A stretch of DNA of 64,000 nucleotides, taken from positions 244,465 to 308,464 of the forward strand of contig JBAYKW010000001.1 of assembly GCA_041664365.1 (NCBI GenBank), written 5' to 3'. Each line of letters begins with the position of its first letter. The first letter of the stretch is position 1. A program made the translations under genes and the position numbers. This DNA comes from Patescibacteria group bacterium (GTDB taxonomy: Bacteria; Patescibacteriota; Patescibacteriia; UM-FILTER-42-10). The notes under the pieces were generated by a model. That model was not told where the DNA came from, did no database searches, and worked only from the letters and a program-made list of their open reading frames with translations. Positions 19,282-28,278 of the stretch are shown here, piece by piece.

Positions 19282-20052
19282 CTATTTCTTTACTTCTTCT
19301 TTTTCCTCAACCGGCTTTTCCTCCGAACTCTCCGATTCATTTTCCTCTTTTTTCGACTCCTTTTTCTTATCGTATGATTTCAAAAATTCAAAGTGATCAA
19401 CAAGGATGCTGGATGCACTTTTGAATACCTCTAAGGGAGTCAACGTTCCATCTGTCTCAATTTCCAGTGTTAGTTTATCGTAATTAGTCATTTTACCAAC
19501 ACGGACATTTTCTATATCAAATCTTGCTTTTAAAACCGGTGTAAATATTGCGTCAATTGCAATTACACCTATCTCATACTTTTCTTTGCCTCGTGCTTCC
19601 ACCGGAGAATAGCCGAGCCCGTTTTCTACAGTCAATTCCATATCAAGCTCTGCTGTCTTATCGGTAAGTGTTGCGATCACTAAATCCTTATTTGCAACCT
19701 TTACCTCTGCTGATTCTTTTATATCTGCAGCTGTAACTACTTTTTCACCCTTTACTTTCAGATGAACAACTCCGGTATCACCAGAAACAAGTTTGAGGCG
19801 TAGCTGTTTGATATTTAATATGATATCAACCACGTCTTCCTTCACATGTTTGATAGTGGAAAACTCATGATCGACACCTTTTATTTTGATACCGGTGACC
19901 GCTGACCCGGAAAGTGACGAAATAAGCACTCTCCGCAGGGCATTTCCGACAGTCAGACCATAACCAGGGTATAGTGGCTCTACCACGATAATCCCTGATT
20001 TATCATCTTTCTCAGTATACTTTATTTGTTGTGGTAGTTGGATTTCTGTCAT
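19282..20052 (-). CDS. rpoA: DNA-directed RNA polymerase subunit alpha, N-terminal domain only
   Basis: VVEPLYPGYGLTVGNALRRVLISSL alpha-NTD signature; 256 aa ending in an acidic/Lys low-complexity tail, no alpha-CTD. Confidence 0.85.
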   Translation of the reverse strand: MTEIQLPQQIKYTEKDDKSGIIVVEPLYPGYGLTVGNALRRVLISSLSGSAVTGIKIKGVDHEFSTIKHVKEDVVDIILNIKQLRLKLVSGDTGVVHLKVKGEKVVTAADIKESAEVKVANKDLVIATLTDKTAELDMELTVENGLGYSPVEARGKEKYEIGVIAIDAIFTPVLKARFDIENVRVGKMTNYDKLTLEIETDGTLTPLEVFKSASSILVDHFEFLKSYDKKKESKKEENESESSEEKPVEEKEEVKK

Positions 20053-20079
20053 GTTTCTAGAAATTTAGTTATCAATTAT

Positions 20080-20706
20080 TTACCTAGAATAAAATTCTAT
20101 AATTAAAGGAATATTTAAAGTTTGTTTCACCTGGTCATAAACAGGTTTCCCCATAACTTTTGCCTTTAGCTCCTTTAAATCACATTCCAGCCAAGATGGC
20201 GTATCATTTTTTTGTGTTTTTTTATCAAGATTTTCAAATATCTTTTTACTGGAACTTTTAATTGATATTGTATCACCGACGCTTATGTTATATGAAGGAA
20301 TATTTACCTTTTTATCATTAACCAAGATATGATTATGAGATACCAGTTGTCTGGCGACACCTCTGGATTGTGCAAAACCAAGTCTGTAAACTACATTATC
20401 CAGTCTTGATTCAAGCAATGTCATAAGGTTTTCTCCACTATCCCCCGGATTCCTCATTGCTTTCTGGACGTAATTCCTGAATTGCTTTTCAAGAATTGCA
20501 TAGATGGTTTTAACCTTCTGCTTTTCTCTCAATTGAATTCCATACTGACTCTTACGTGATTGCTGTTGCTTCGGGCCGTGCATTCCCGGTGGATAATTTC
20601 TTTTCAGCATAGGGCATTTTGGCGAAAAACACTTTTCTCCCTTAAGAAACAGTTTTTCACCTTCTCTTCTACATCTTTTGCATTTTGGATCAAGATTTCT
20701 TGCCAT
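20080..20706 (-). CDS. rpsD: 30S ribosomal protein S4
   Basis: MARNLDPKCKRCRREGEKLFLKGEKCFSPKCP zinc-ribbon N-terminus and S4 domain. Confidence 0.9.
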   Translation of the reverse strand: MARNLDPKCKRCRREGEKLFLKGEKCFSPKCPMLKRNYPPGMHGPKQQQSRKSQYGIQLREKQKVKTIYAILEKQFRNYVQKAMRNPGDSGENLMTLLESRLDNVVYRLGFAQSRGVARQLVSHNHILVNDKKVNIPSYNISVGDTISIKSSSKKIFENLDKKTQKNDTPSWLECDLKELKAKVMGKPVYDQVKQTLNIPLIIEFYSR

Positions 20707-20709
20707 TTT

Positions 20710-21099
20710 TTATACTCTCCTTGGTTTACGTGATCTTGGACCGTTGTGAGGAATTGGTGTAACATCTTTGATCGACAATATTGTGATACCCTGCGCACTA
20801 AATGCACGGATAGCTGCTTCCCGCCCGTTACCCACTCCTTTTACATAGACATCAACTTCTCTCAATCCGCAATCTGCTACTTTTTCCAGTAAACTACGGA
20901 CGATTACACCCGCAGCATACGGAGTCGCTTTTTTTGGACCCTTGAAACCGGAAAGTCCGGATGAAGCCCAAGCAACTACAGCACCCGCAGGATCAGTTAA
21001 TGTGATAATTGTATTATTATAAGTAGCCTGAATATGTACTTTTCCGGTGGTTAGTACTCTGTTCTTTTTCTTTCGTTTTATAGGTTTTGCAGTTGCCAT
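20710..21099 (-). CDS. rpsK: 30S ribosomal protein S11
   Basis: VHIQATYNNTIITLTD ... GFKGPKKATPYAAG ... VYVKGVGNGREAAIRA. Confidence 0.9.
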   Translation of the reverse strand: MATAKPIKRKKKNRVLTTGKVHIQATYNNTIITLTDPAGAVVAWASSGLSGFKGPKKATPYAAGVIVRSLLEKVADCGLREVDVYVKGVGNGREAAIRAFSAQGITILSIKDVTPIPHNGPRSRKPRRV

Positions 21100-21109
21100 T
21101 GTATTTTAA

Positions 21110-21499
21110 TTATGTTTTTTGATCCGCAACTTTTCTACCGCTTCCGACTGTTTTTCTTACATTTCCACGAACAGTCCTGGTGTTAGTCTTTGTTCTCTGT
21201 CCGCGTACAGGAAGCCCCTTTGCGTGCCTGGAACCACGATAGCTGCCGGTTTCTTTCAGTCTTTTAATATTTGTTAAAACTTCTCTTTTTAAATCACCTT
21301 CAACTCTGTAATTTTTCTCAATAATTTCTCTGAGTACATTCGCCTGGTCATCGGTTAATTCATGAGTGCGCATTCCCGGCTTTATGTTTGCCTGTTTTAA
21401 TATTTTTCTTGACAACACTCTGCCAATACCAAAAATATATGTTAGTGATATTTCGATTACTTTTTCCTTTGGTAGTGTAACCCCGGCTATTCTTGCCAT
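21110..21499 (-). CDS. rpsM: 30S ribosomal protein S13
   Basis: [26 protein letters not shown]; start trimmed to MARIAGV, preceded by an AGGA Shine-Dalgarno about 8 nt upstream. Confidence 0.9.
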   Translation of the reverse strand: MARIAGVTLPKEKVIEISLTYIFGIGRVLSRKILKQANIKPGMRTHELTDDQANVLREIIEKNYRVEGDLKREVLTNIKRLKETGSYRGSRHAKGLPVRGQRTKTNTRTVRGNVRKTVGSGRKVADQKT

Positions 21500-21503
21500 A
21501 TTT

Positions 21504-21617
21504 TTATCCTTGTCGTTGTTTATGTTTAGGATTTTCGCATTTAACAACCACTCTACCTTTTCGGCGAGTTACCTTGCATTTCATGCACATTTTTTTTACT
21601 GAAGCGCGTACTTTCAT
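21504..21617 (-). CDS. rpmJ: 50S ribosomal protein L36
   Basis: Manual translation of the minus strand gives [37 protein letters not shown] (37 aa, C-x2-C...C-x4-H zinc ribbon); below the ORF-track length cutoff. Confidence 0.85.
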   Translation of the reverse strand: MKVRASVKKMCMKCKVTRRKGRVVVKCENPKHKQRQG

Positions 21618-21626
21618 GTATTTAAA

Positions 21627-21902
21627 CTATTTTCTGTAAGTTATTCTTCCTTTTGTTAGGTCGTATGGTGTAAGTTCAACGGTAACTTCATCACCCGGTA
21701 AAATTCTTATCCGATGCATTCGCATTTTTCCGGACAAATGAGCCAGAATTTCATGACCATTCTCAAGTTTTACCTTGAATGTTGTGCTCGGCAGCAGTTC
21801 TTCTACAACTCCGGATACTTCAATAAAACCTTTTTTATTTGCCGAAGAATTTTTTCTGACCCTATCGTCAGAAGTATTTGCGTTCTGAATTGTATCAGGC
21901 AT
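21627..21902 (-). CDS. infA: Translation initiation factor IF-1 with about 20-aa N-terminal extension
   Basis: [62 protein letters not shown]1-like fold. Confidence 0.85.
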   Translation of the reverse strand: MPDTIQNANTSDDRVRKNSSANKKGFIEVSGVVEELLPSTTFKVKLENGHEILAHLSGKMRMHRIRILPGDEVTVELTPYDLTKGRITYRK

Positions 21903-21917
21903 ATTATATTTTAGACC

Positions 21918-21954
21918 TAAAATAAAATTCTTTGTCCCTGCACATAGGACAAGA
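21918..21954 (-). terminator. Hairpin plus U-tract in the infA leader / downstream of alaS (attenuator- or terminator-like)
   Basis: Minus strand TCTTGTCC-tatgtgcag-GGACAAAGA followed by ATTTTATTTT; ends about 15 nt before the infA ATG. Confidence 0.4.
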
Positions 21955-22019
21955 AATAATACAACTGTATTGAATTTGCCTTGTTCTGCAGTAACTCATC
22001 TATATTCATAAGCAGATTT

Positions 22020-22047
22020 CATTATAACATGAGTTATAATACTGTCA
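22020..22047 (-). promoter_or_regulatory. Consensus sigma-70 promoter (TTGACA-16-TATAAT) for the infA-rpmJ-rpsM-rpsK-rpsD-rpoA-rplQ(-rplM-rpsI) operon
   Basis: Minus strand reads TTGACAgtattataactcatgtTATAAT; predicted TSS near 22013, giving a leader of about 110 nt. Confidence 0.55.
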
Positions 22048-22086
22048 AGGAAGTTCACAAAATGGCTAATATTAGTATTAATTAAG

Positions 22087-23865
22087 CTATTCAACCTTGG
22101 CTTTTATTCTTCTAATTCCAGCTGATACAGCCTGCTCGCTAATTATTTTAAAGTTACCCAACTCTTTTGTATTGTTTACGTGCGGTCCACCACATACTTC
22201 CATACTAAAATCACCCACTTCATATACTTTGACTCTTTCCCCATATTTTGACTCAAACAGACCGATTGCATTCTTCTTTTTTGCTTCTTCTAAAGTTATT
22301 TCAGTGAATTTTACCGGCAATTCTCGCTTAATTTGTTCATTTACTAGATTTTCAACCTGAACAATTTCTTCCGGCAAAAGCTTCTGGGAATGGGAAAAAT
22401 CAAATCTCAGGCGCTCTGGAGTTATATTACTGCCTTTTTGTGCTACATGATCACCTAAAATGAGGCGAAGTGCCTTATGTAATAAGTGAGTTGCAGTGTG
22501 AAGCTTCACAGTTTCCTCTGAATGGTCTATTAATCCACCGGCAAATTTTTTTTCCGCACCTTTCCTGGAAAGCTGCTGATGTTTACGGTATTCCATATCG
22601 AACTGATCTTGGTCAATTTCAATATTATGCTCTTTCAATTCCTCTGCGATCATTTCAATCGGAAAACCGTATGTTTGGTATAGATAAAAAGCGGTTTTTC
22701 CTGAGAACTTTTTTTTCTTTTGATCCGAAATGCTAAAAATACCCAGCTCCTTTTCAAAGACTTTTAATCCGTTTTGCAGCGTTTTAGCAAAATTTTCCTC
22801 TTCTCTCTGTAGTTCCTCTAAAATAAATTTAGAATTTTCAACAATCTCCGGATATGCATCTTTGTGTGATTCAATAATTGTTTCAGCCAGTTGTCTTGTA
22901 AAATAATTTTCTATTCCCAATTTTCTTGCCTGCCTGATCGCTCGTCTGATCAGTCTGCGCAAGACATAACCCTGATCAATATTGGAAGGCACAATTCCCT
23001 CATGCAGAATGAAACAGGCGGATCTAATATGGTCAGCTATTATCCGTTCTGATGTATTACTCGATTTTTTCGATAATTTTCGGATATCCTCAAGTACCCG
23101 GGCAAACATATCAATTTCAAATACAGTTTCCTTTCCGCTATAGATTGCGACCATCCTTTCCATACCCATCCCGGTGTCAACATTTTTCTGGGCCATTGGT
23201 TCATATTCGCCACTAGTATTTTTATTGTATTCCATGAATACGTTATTCCAAATCTCAGCATATTTCCCGCAGCTACAGCTCGGCTGACAATTTTCACCAC
23301 AAGGCTTGCGGTCAGTTATATAAAATATTTCTGTATCCGGTCCGCATGGTCCTGTTGTGCCGGCGGGACCCCACCAGTTTTCTTCCTTTCCGTACATATA
23401 AATATTCTTTTCATCAATACCGCACTTTTTCCATAATTCATAACTGTCATTATCAAGGGGAGCATCTTCATCACCTTTAAACACGGTAACAGCCAATTTA
23501 TTCACCGGAATACTAAGATTTTTCACCAGAAATTCAAAACTCCACTTTATCGCGTCATCTTTGAAATAATCACCTAATGACCAGTTGCCAAGCATCTCAA
23601 AAAAAGTAAGATGCCAGTCATCACCAACTTCATCAATGTCTACAGTCCGAATGCATTTTTGAAAATTAACCAGGCGCTTGCCTTCAGGGTGTGATTGACC
23701 AAGTAAATAGGGCACTAAAGGATGCATACCGGCAGTTGTGAACAATACAGACGGGTCATTTTCCGGAATCAAAGAAGCCGGACTAATAATCGCATGGTTT
23801 TTGTCCTTGAAATACTCTAAGAATTTATTACGCAGTTGCTGTTCTTTCATATGATGATTGTACAA
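22087..23865 (-). CDS. alaS: Alanine--tRNA ligase, truncated form (catalytic and editing domains, no C-Ala domain)
   Basis: AlaRS catalytic-core N-terminus (FTTAGMHPL), editing-domain HTATHLLHKAL and CGGPHV motifs; 592 aa. Confidence 0.85.
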   Translation of the reverse strand: MYNHHMKEQQLRNKFLEYFKDKNHAIISPASLIPENDPSVLFTTAGMHPLVPYLLGQSHPEGKRLVNFQKCIRTVDIDEVGDDWHLTFFEMLGNWSLGDYFKDDAIKWSFEFLVKNLSIPVNKLAVTVFKGDEDAPLDNDSYELWKKCGIDEKNIYMYGKEENWWGPAGTTGPCGPDTEIFYITDRKPCGENCQPSCSCGKYAEIWNNVFMEYNKNTSGEYEPMAQKNVDTGMGMERMVAIYSGKETVFEIDMFARVLEDIRKLSKKSSNTSERIIADHIRSACFILHEGIVPSNIDQGYVLRRLIRRAIRQARKLGIENYFTRQLAETIIESHKDAYPEIVENSKFILEELQREEENFAKTLQNGLKVFEKELGIFSISDQKKKKFSGKTAFYLYQTYGFPIEMIAEELKEHNIEIDQDQFDMEYRKHQQLSRKGAEKKFAGGLIDHSEETVKLHTATHLLHKALRLILGDHVAQKGSNITPERLRFDFSHSQKLLPEEIVQVENLVNEQIKRELPVKFTEITLEEAKKKNAIGLFESKYGERVKVYEVGDFSMEVCGGPHVNNTKELGNFKIISEQAVSAGIRRIKAKVE

Positions 23866-23881
23866 TATGTCATAGTCAGTA

Positions 23882-24994
23882 TCAAGTTATCACAGCGCTT
23901 CCAATTAGAACGTTGCGATCGTAAAATACAATTGATTGGCCGGGGGTTATTGCCCTCTGCTTTTCATTAAATTCAGCGAACAAAACATTTTTACCTACTT
24001 TTGTAATTGTAACCTTTTGGTCTGTCTGCCGGTATCTTATTTTTGCCGTGCATTTGTAAGGGTATTTTGGCTCACGATCGATCCAATGAATGTTATCCGC
24101 TGTTAGTGTCCTGCAAAATAATTTCGGATTAAGACTACCTTTTGCAACAATCAGTTCATTTGCGTTTGAATCTTTTGCCACAACATAATACGGAATACCG
24201 CCCCCAATATTTATTCCTTTTCTTTGCCCAATGGTGTAAAACGGCAATCCGATGTGTTTGCCGATAATTTCACCGGTTGTTGTTCTAATTTCACCGGGAT
24301 TTTCTTTTATGCGGATTTTTAGAAATTCTCTCAAATCAACTTCACCGATAAAACAAATACCCTGACTGTCTTTCTTATCATGAGTCGATAGCCCAATCTT
24401 TTTTGCAATGGACCGAATATTTGTCTTAGAATAACTTCCGACTGGAAAAAGTGTTTTTGAAAGCTGAAACTGATTTAGCGTGCATAAAAAGTATGATTGG
24501 TCTTTATTACTATCTTTGCTCTTAAGCAATTGAAATTTTTCTCCTGTTTCAGCGGACGGAACATTCCGAATTTGAGCATAGTGCCCAGTTGCAATATAGT
24601 CAGCACCCAGCTGGAAACATTTTTCTAAAAATATTTTAAATTTAATCTCTTTGTTGCACATGATATCAGGATTCGGTGTTATACCTTTCCTGTAGCTGTC
24701 ATAAAAATATTCAATTACTTTATCCTTATATTCTTTTTCAAAATCAAAAGTATAAAAAGGGATGTTTAATTTGGCACAGACTTTTCTCATATCCCTTTGA
24801 TCAGCTATCCAAGGGCAAAGATTTTCATTCGTATTTATCAAATTTGCATCGCTAACCATAGTTTCGGTCCAGTTCTTCATAAATACGCCAACTACATCAT
24901 GACCGGCCTTTTTAAGCAAATAGGCGGCAACTGATGAGTCAACGCCTCCACTCATTCCGACAAATACTCTATACTTTTTAGATAGCTTTTTCAT
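23882..24994 (-). CDS. mnmA: tRNA-specific 2-thiouridylase
   Basis: PP-loop VFVGMSGGVDSSVAAYLL; start trimmed to MKKLSKK so the terminator hairpin at 25042-25066 lies outside the coding region. Confidence 0.8.
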   Translation of the reverse strand: MKKLSKKYRVFVGMSGGVDSSVAAYLLKKAGHDVVGVFMKNWTETMVSDANLINTNENLCPWIADQRDMRKVCAKLNIPFYTFDFEKEYKDKVIEYFYDSYRKGITPNPDIMCNKEIKFKIFLEKCFQLGADYIATGHYAQIRNVPSAETGEKFQLLKSKDSNKDQSYFLCTLNQFQLSKTLFPVGSYSKTNIRSIAKKIGLSTHDKKDSQGICFIGEVDLREFLKIRIKENPGEIRTTTGEIIGKHIGLPFYTIGQRKGINIGGGIPYYVVAKDSNANELIVAKGSLNPKLFCRTLTADNIHWIDREPKYPYKCTAKIRYRQTDQKVTITKVGKNVLFAEFNEKQRAITPGQSIVFYDRNVLIGSAVIT

Positions 24995-25030
24995 AATTAT
25001 GGTTATATTGTATGAACTAAGATATACCAA

Positions 25031-25066
25031 AAACCCAAGTGTTTTGCAAATGGGTTCTCAATACTT
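25031..25066 (-). terminator. Rho-independent terminator after the VirD4-like ATPase gene
   Basis: Minus strand AACCCA-13-nt loop-TGGGTT followed by TTTTGGTATATC. Confidence 0.45.
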
Positions 25067-25070
25067 AAAC

Positions 25071-26843
25071 CTAGTCCAATTTTATACTTTGCCCCTGTTT
25101 CATCACATGTTCAGTTGATGTATTCTGACTTTTCTGACCATCCTGTCCTTTCAGTTCAATATGGGGCATCGGTTTATTAACAGACGGCGGATTGAAATTT
25201 TTTCTTTTTTTCTTTTTGCGATTATTACTATTTCTATGATTTGCATTCTGATTTGGTTCTGTATTTCGTTTCATAGCATCACTGAAGGATATCGGGCCCT
25301 GCTGAAGCGCATCATTTAAGTTAATCTCAGTAGGTGGAATATCAATCTCCGGCTCAACTTTTGGATCGACCAATACCTTCTCAGGCACCTGAACATTTAC
25401 AACGGGCTCGGACGGCTTCTCCGTTATTCTGACTACTGATTTAATCTTAGGGGTTTCGGTTTTGGCAACAGGTGCGATTTGAGCACTTGTTGATTGCCTG
25501 GGTTTCTGAATTTCACTTTCATTTTCTGCAGATGCTTTATACATTTCTTCAACACCGCTCCATCTTAATATTTTTTCTTCAACTACTGCCACAGGTCTTG
25601 CATATCTTTCACGCGAGGAAACAATAATCTTGTTCAAATTTCCGGTCTCACCCTCAATTGGTGGCAGTATCGTTGCGCTAAAAGGCGCTGAAGCGACTCC
25701 ATCAATCATTAATTTCAGGTAAACATTATATTTTGGCAGGTTTACCAGATCGTTTAGTAGAAAATACGGCTCAAATTCCTTTTCCAAAAATTCCGCATCC
25801 TCAGCTCCGACCCTGAAGCAGATTATAGTTCCTACGTTGCCGAATACCGCGGCTTTAACCACATCACCCAGCTGTTCTATGTACTGATGAGCAATAGTTA
25901 AATTCAATCGGTATTTTCTTGCTTCTGAAAGTATATTTGCAAAGCTTTCCGTAGAAAAGTTCTGGAATTCGTCAACATACAAATAAAAATCTTCCCTTGT
26001 CTCTTCAGCAATATCCACCCTGCTCATTGCCGCCAGTTGAAGTTTTGTTATCATCATTGCGCCAAGTAAAGCTGAGTTTTCTTCACCAATTCTTCCTTTC
26101 GCAAGATTCATAAGCAGGATTTTTTTTGTGTCCATAATGACTCTCATATCGATAGTACTTTTTGGCTGTCCAACAATATTCCGAATGATTGAACTGGAAA
26201 GAAATTGTCCTACCTTGTTTTGAATCGGTGAAATCGCTTCTGTTCTAAACCGTTCATTATAGTTTGCATATTCATCAACCCAAAATGCTTTGACGATCGG
26301 GTCGGTCAGATTTGATATAATCTTTTTACGATAATTTTTATCAACCAGTAATCTGGTTATACCCAGTAGCGTACTTCCCGGATTTTCCAGCAAAGCCAGG
26401 ATGGTATTCATTAAAATGTATTCTAGTCTTGGCCCCCATGAATCCGCCCATATCTTCTTGAAAACACCAACCAGCCCGGATGCTATCAAATTTTTATATT
26501 GTGGATTTACTTCTTCAAGTATATTAAAAGCAATCGGATGTTCTGTATCAGATGGATTGAAGTAAACAACATCATTAATTCTATTGGACGGAATAAATTT
26601 AATTACTTTTTCAACCGATTCTCCGTGCGGATCCACGAGCGCAACTCCCCTGCCTCGGTGAATATCAGAAATCACCATGTTTTCAATACAGTTTGATTTA
26701 CCGACACCGGTTTTTCCGATCAGATAGACGTGGCGCCTCCGGTCATCTTCTTTGATACCAAAACGGACTCTTTTATTACGAAAGTTCGTCTCCGCAAAAA
26801 CTGTTATATCATTGTGATTCGGCATTTGTTGGTTCCTCGTCAT
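25071..26843 (-). CDS. TraG/TraD/VirD4-family coupling-protein-like P-loop ATPase, soluble, with basic disordered C-terminal tail
   Basis: Walker A GKTGVGKS then ALVDPHGE, Walker B region YLYVDEFQNF, RKYRLNLTIAHQYIEQL resembling the TraG-D C-terminal (TraM-recognition) domain; no N-terminal TM; last ~120 aa Pro/Lys/Asn-rich. Confidence 0.5.
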   Translation of the reverse strand: MTRNQQMPNHNDITVFAETNFRNKRVRFGIKEDDRRRHVYLIGKTGVGKSNCIENMVISDIHRGRGVALVDPHGESVEKVIKFIPSNRINDVVYFNPSDTEHPIAFNILEEVNPQYKNLIASGLVGVFKKIWADSWGPRLEYILMNTILALLENPGSTLLGITRLLVDKNYRKKIISNLTDPIVKAFWVDEYANYNERFRTEAISPIQNKVGQFLSSSIIRNIVGQPKSTIDMRVIMDTKKILLMNLAKGRIGEENSALLGAMMITKLQLAAMSRVDIAEETREDFYLYVDEFQNFSTESFANILSEARKYRLNLTIAHQYIEQLGDVVKAAVFGNVGTIICFRVGAEDAEFLEKEFEPYFLLNDLVNLPKYNVYLKLMIDGVASAPFSATILPPIEGETGNLNKIIVSSRERYARPVAVVEEKILRWSGVEEMYKASAENESEIQKPRQSTSAQIAPVAKTETPKIKSVVRITEKPSEPVVNVQVPEKVLVDPKVEPEIDIPPTEINLNDALQQGPISFSDAMKRNTEPNQNANHRNSNNRKKKKRKNFNPPSVNKPMPHIELKGQDGQKSQNTSTEHVMKQGQSIKLD

Positions 26844-28272
26844 TAATAATCTCTATCGGCAAATTGCCCGGTACCCCGGCTCTAGACATTGGTCGGGTAG
26901 CTGTATATCCAACTTCAGATTTTTGATTTGGCAAAGTTGGAATCCCGGTTGTAGACATTGATTCACGCGGTAATGTTGTTGGGGCACCACCTTTTCTAAC
27001 ATCGGTCCTCTGTACCGGCGGGACTGTGATTGTTGCAATTGGAAAATGATAGATACTCGCCAGTTCCTCAATATTTAAAATAAATCCGAGTCCCATTCCC
27101 AAATGATTCGCACGTTGTTTATATGCTCTCAAAATCTTTCTTTGTTTATGGGCCAAACGCTTTTCCACCCTGATATAGTCTGCCTTGGTCCTTGTCCTTT
27201 TATGTGGCTTAAAGGCGTTAAGATTCAGAGTATTGTACTGCATTAGTCCACCAATAACAGGATTAACTCCCCTTTTCCGATCAAATATTTCCTTTTTTGC
27301 CACGTATATCAGCCTAATTTTAGTGCGGAATGCGATTTTTGACATTTTTTCCTGGATTGCTTCTACCGCCCCTCTTGCTCCAGGGGTTAGAAACTGCATC
27401 TGGCTTTTTGGCTGTTTATCTGGCTCGCTTTTAACGGTACTTGTACCTCCGCCCAGAATCTGGTTTGATGCTTCGTCACCAAAACCTTTCAAGGTATCCG
27501 TGATAGGTGAAAGAACACCAAATGCGCTTTTCTTCGGTGCCACCTTCTCTCCAACCAACTTCTTAACGACACGATCTGCGCTTTCCGTCCATGAAGAGCT
27601 GACCGGAGTGATAACAATTTGGATCCATGTTTGCTCACCGGGCTGTAATCTTGATAGTCCTTCAAGAATCGACGCCATCGGATCGGCAAATGTCTGACTT
27701 AATGTGTGCTCAAAGTTTTTATAGGTCCGAATCGGGTATGCTTCTTTTTTTTCTAGTGTGAATTCAGTTCCCCATAAATCAAACACATCGCTTGGAAATA
27801 CTGTCGGTATTGAATCCGTGTAGTCGCCGACTTCAGTTATTTCAGCATCTGGATACTGCGCGTAAATCGCTGATTCGATAAGATCACGATTATCTTTGTC
27901 AGATCTTATTAAATACTGTATATAACCGTCAATACTTACCAATTCCAACGAAAATCTTTCCTGCACTTTTCCTTTCCAGTATCGCTCGTATTTATTCCCT
28001 TTTGAGTGAATTGCATAAAGTTGGGCAAATATTTGTTCCACGGCAACCAGAGTCTGCTCATGCATTCTTGGTATATCCAGGGCAAGCAGAATTTGTTCCT
28101 TTGAATTGCGGTACTTATGCCTCGCCATTTCAAGTTTCGCGATATATAGACCGACTATAAAAAGTATCAATATTGCTATCCACCCACCATTCAGAAAAAT
28201 CCACCATGCAATTGCAAGCGGATTCTGTAGACCACCACCAAGCACCGATGTTGTATCTATCGTGATTTCCAT
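26809..28272 (-). CDS. Single-pass membrane protein, unknown function
   Basis: One TM (WWIFLNGGWIAILILFIVGLYIA), about 440-aa soluble region with a basic RTKADYIRVEKRLAHKQRKILRAYKQR segment; 35-bp overlap with the downstream ATPase. Confidence 0.4.
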   Translation of the reverse strand: MEITIDTTSVLGGGLQNPLAIAWWIFLNGGWIAILILFIVGLYIAKLEMARHKYRNSKEQILLALDIPRMHEQTLVAVEQIFAQLYAIHSKGNKYERYWKGKVQERFSLELVSIDGYIQYLIRSDKDNRDLIESAIYAQYPDAEITEVGDYTDSIPTVFPSDVFDLWGTEFTLEKKEAYPIRTYKNFEHTLSQTFADPMASILEGLSRLQPGEQTWIQIVITPVSSSWTESADRVVKKLVGEKVAPKKSAFGVLSPITDTLKGFGDEASNQILGGGTSTVKSEPDKQPKSQMQFLTPGARGAVEAIQEKMSKIAFRTKIRLIYVAKKEIFDRKRGVNPVIGGLMQYNTLNLNAFKPHKRTRTKADYIRVEKRLAHKQRKILRAYKQRANHLGMGLGFILNIEELASIYHFPIATITVPPVQRTDVRKGGAPTTLPRESMSTTGIPTLPNQKSEVGYTATRPMSRAGVPGNLPIEIINDEEPTNAESQ

Positions 28273-28278
28273 ACTAAA

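Noticed and set aside
21966-22022. 18-codon plus-strand ORF (MSYNTVKEVHKMANISIN) in the infA upstream region
   Set aside because: Overlaps the strong minus-strand promoter; no SD or conservation evidence. Almost certainly chance
25071-26843. Calling the ATPase a conjugative coupling protein of an integrated mobile element
   Set aside because: No relaxase, VirB4, integrase, flanking repeats or compositional shift in the neighbourhood; retained only as 'coupling-protein-like'
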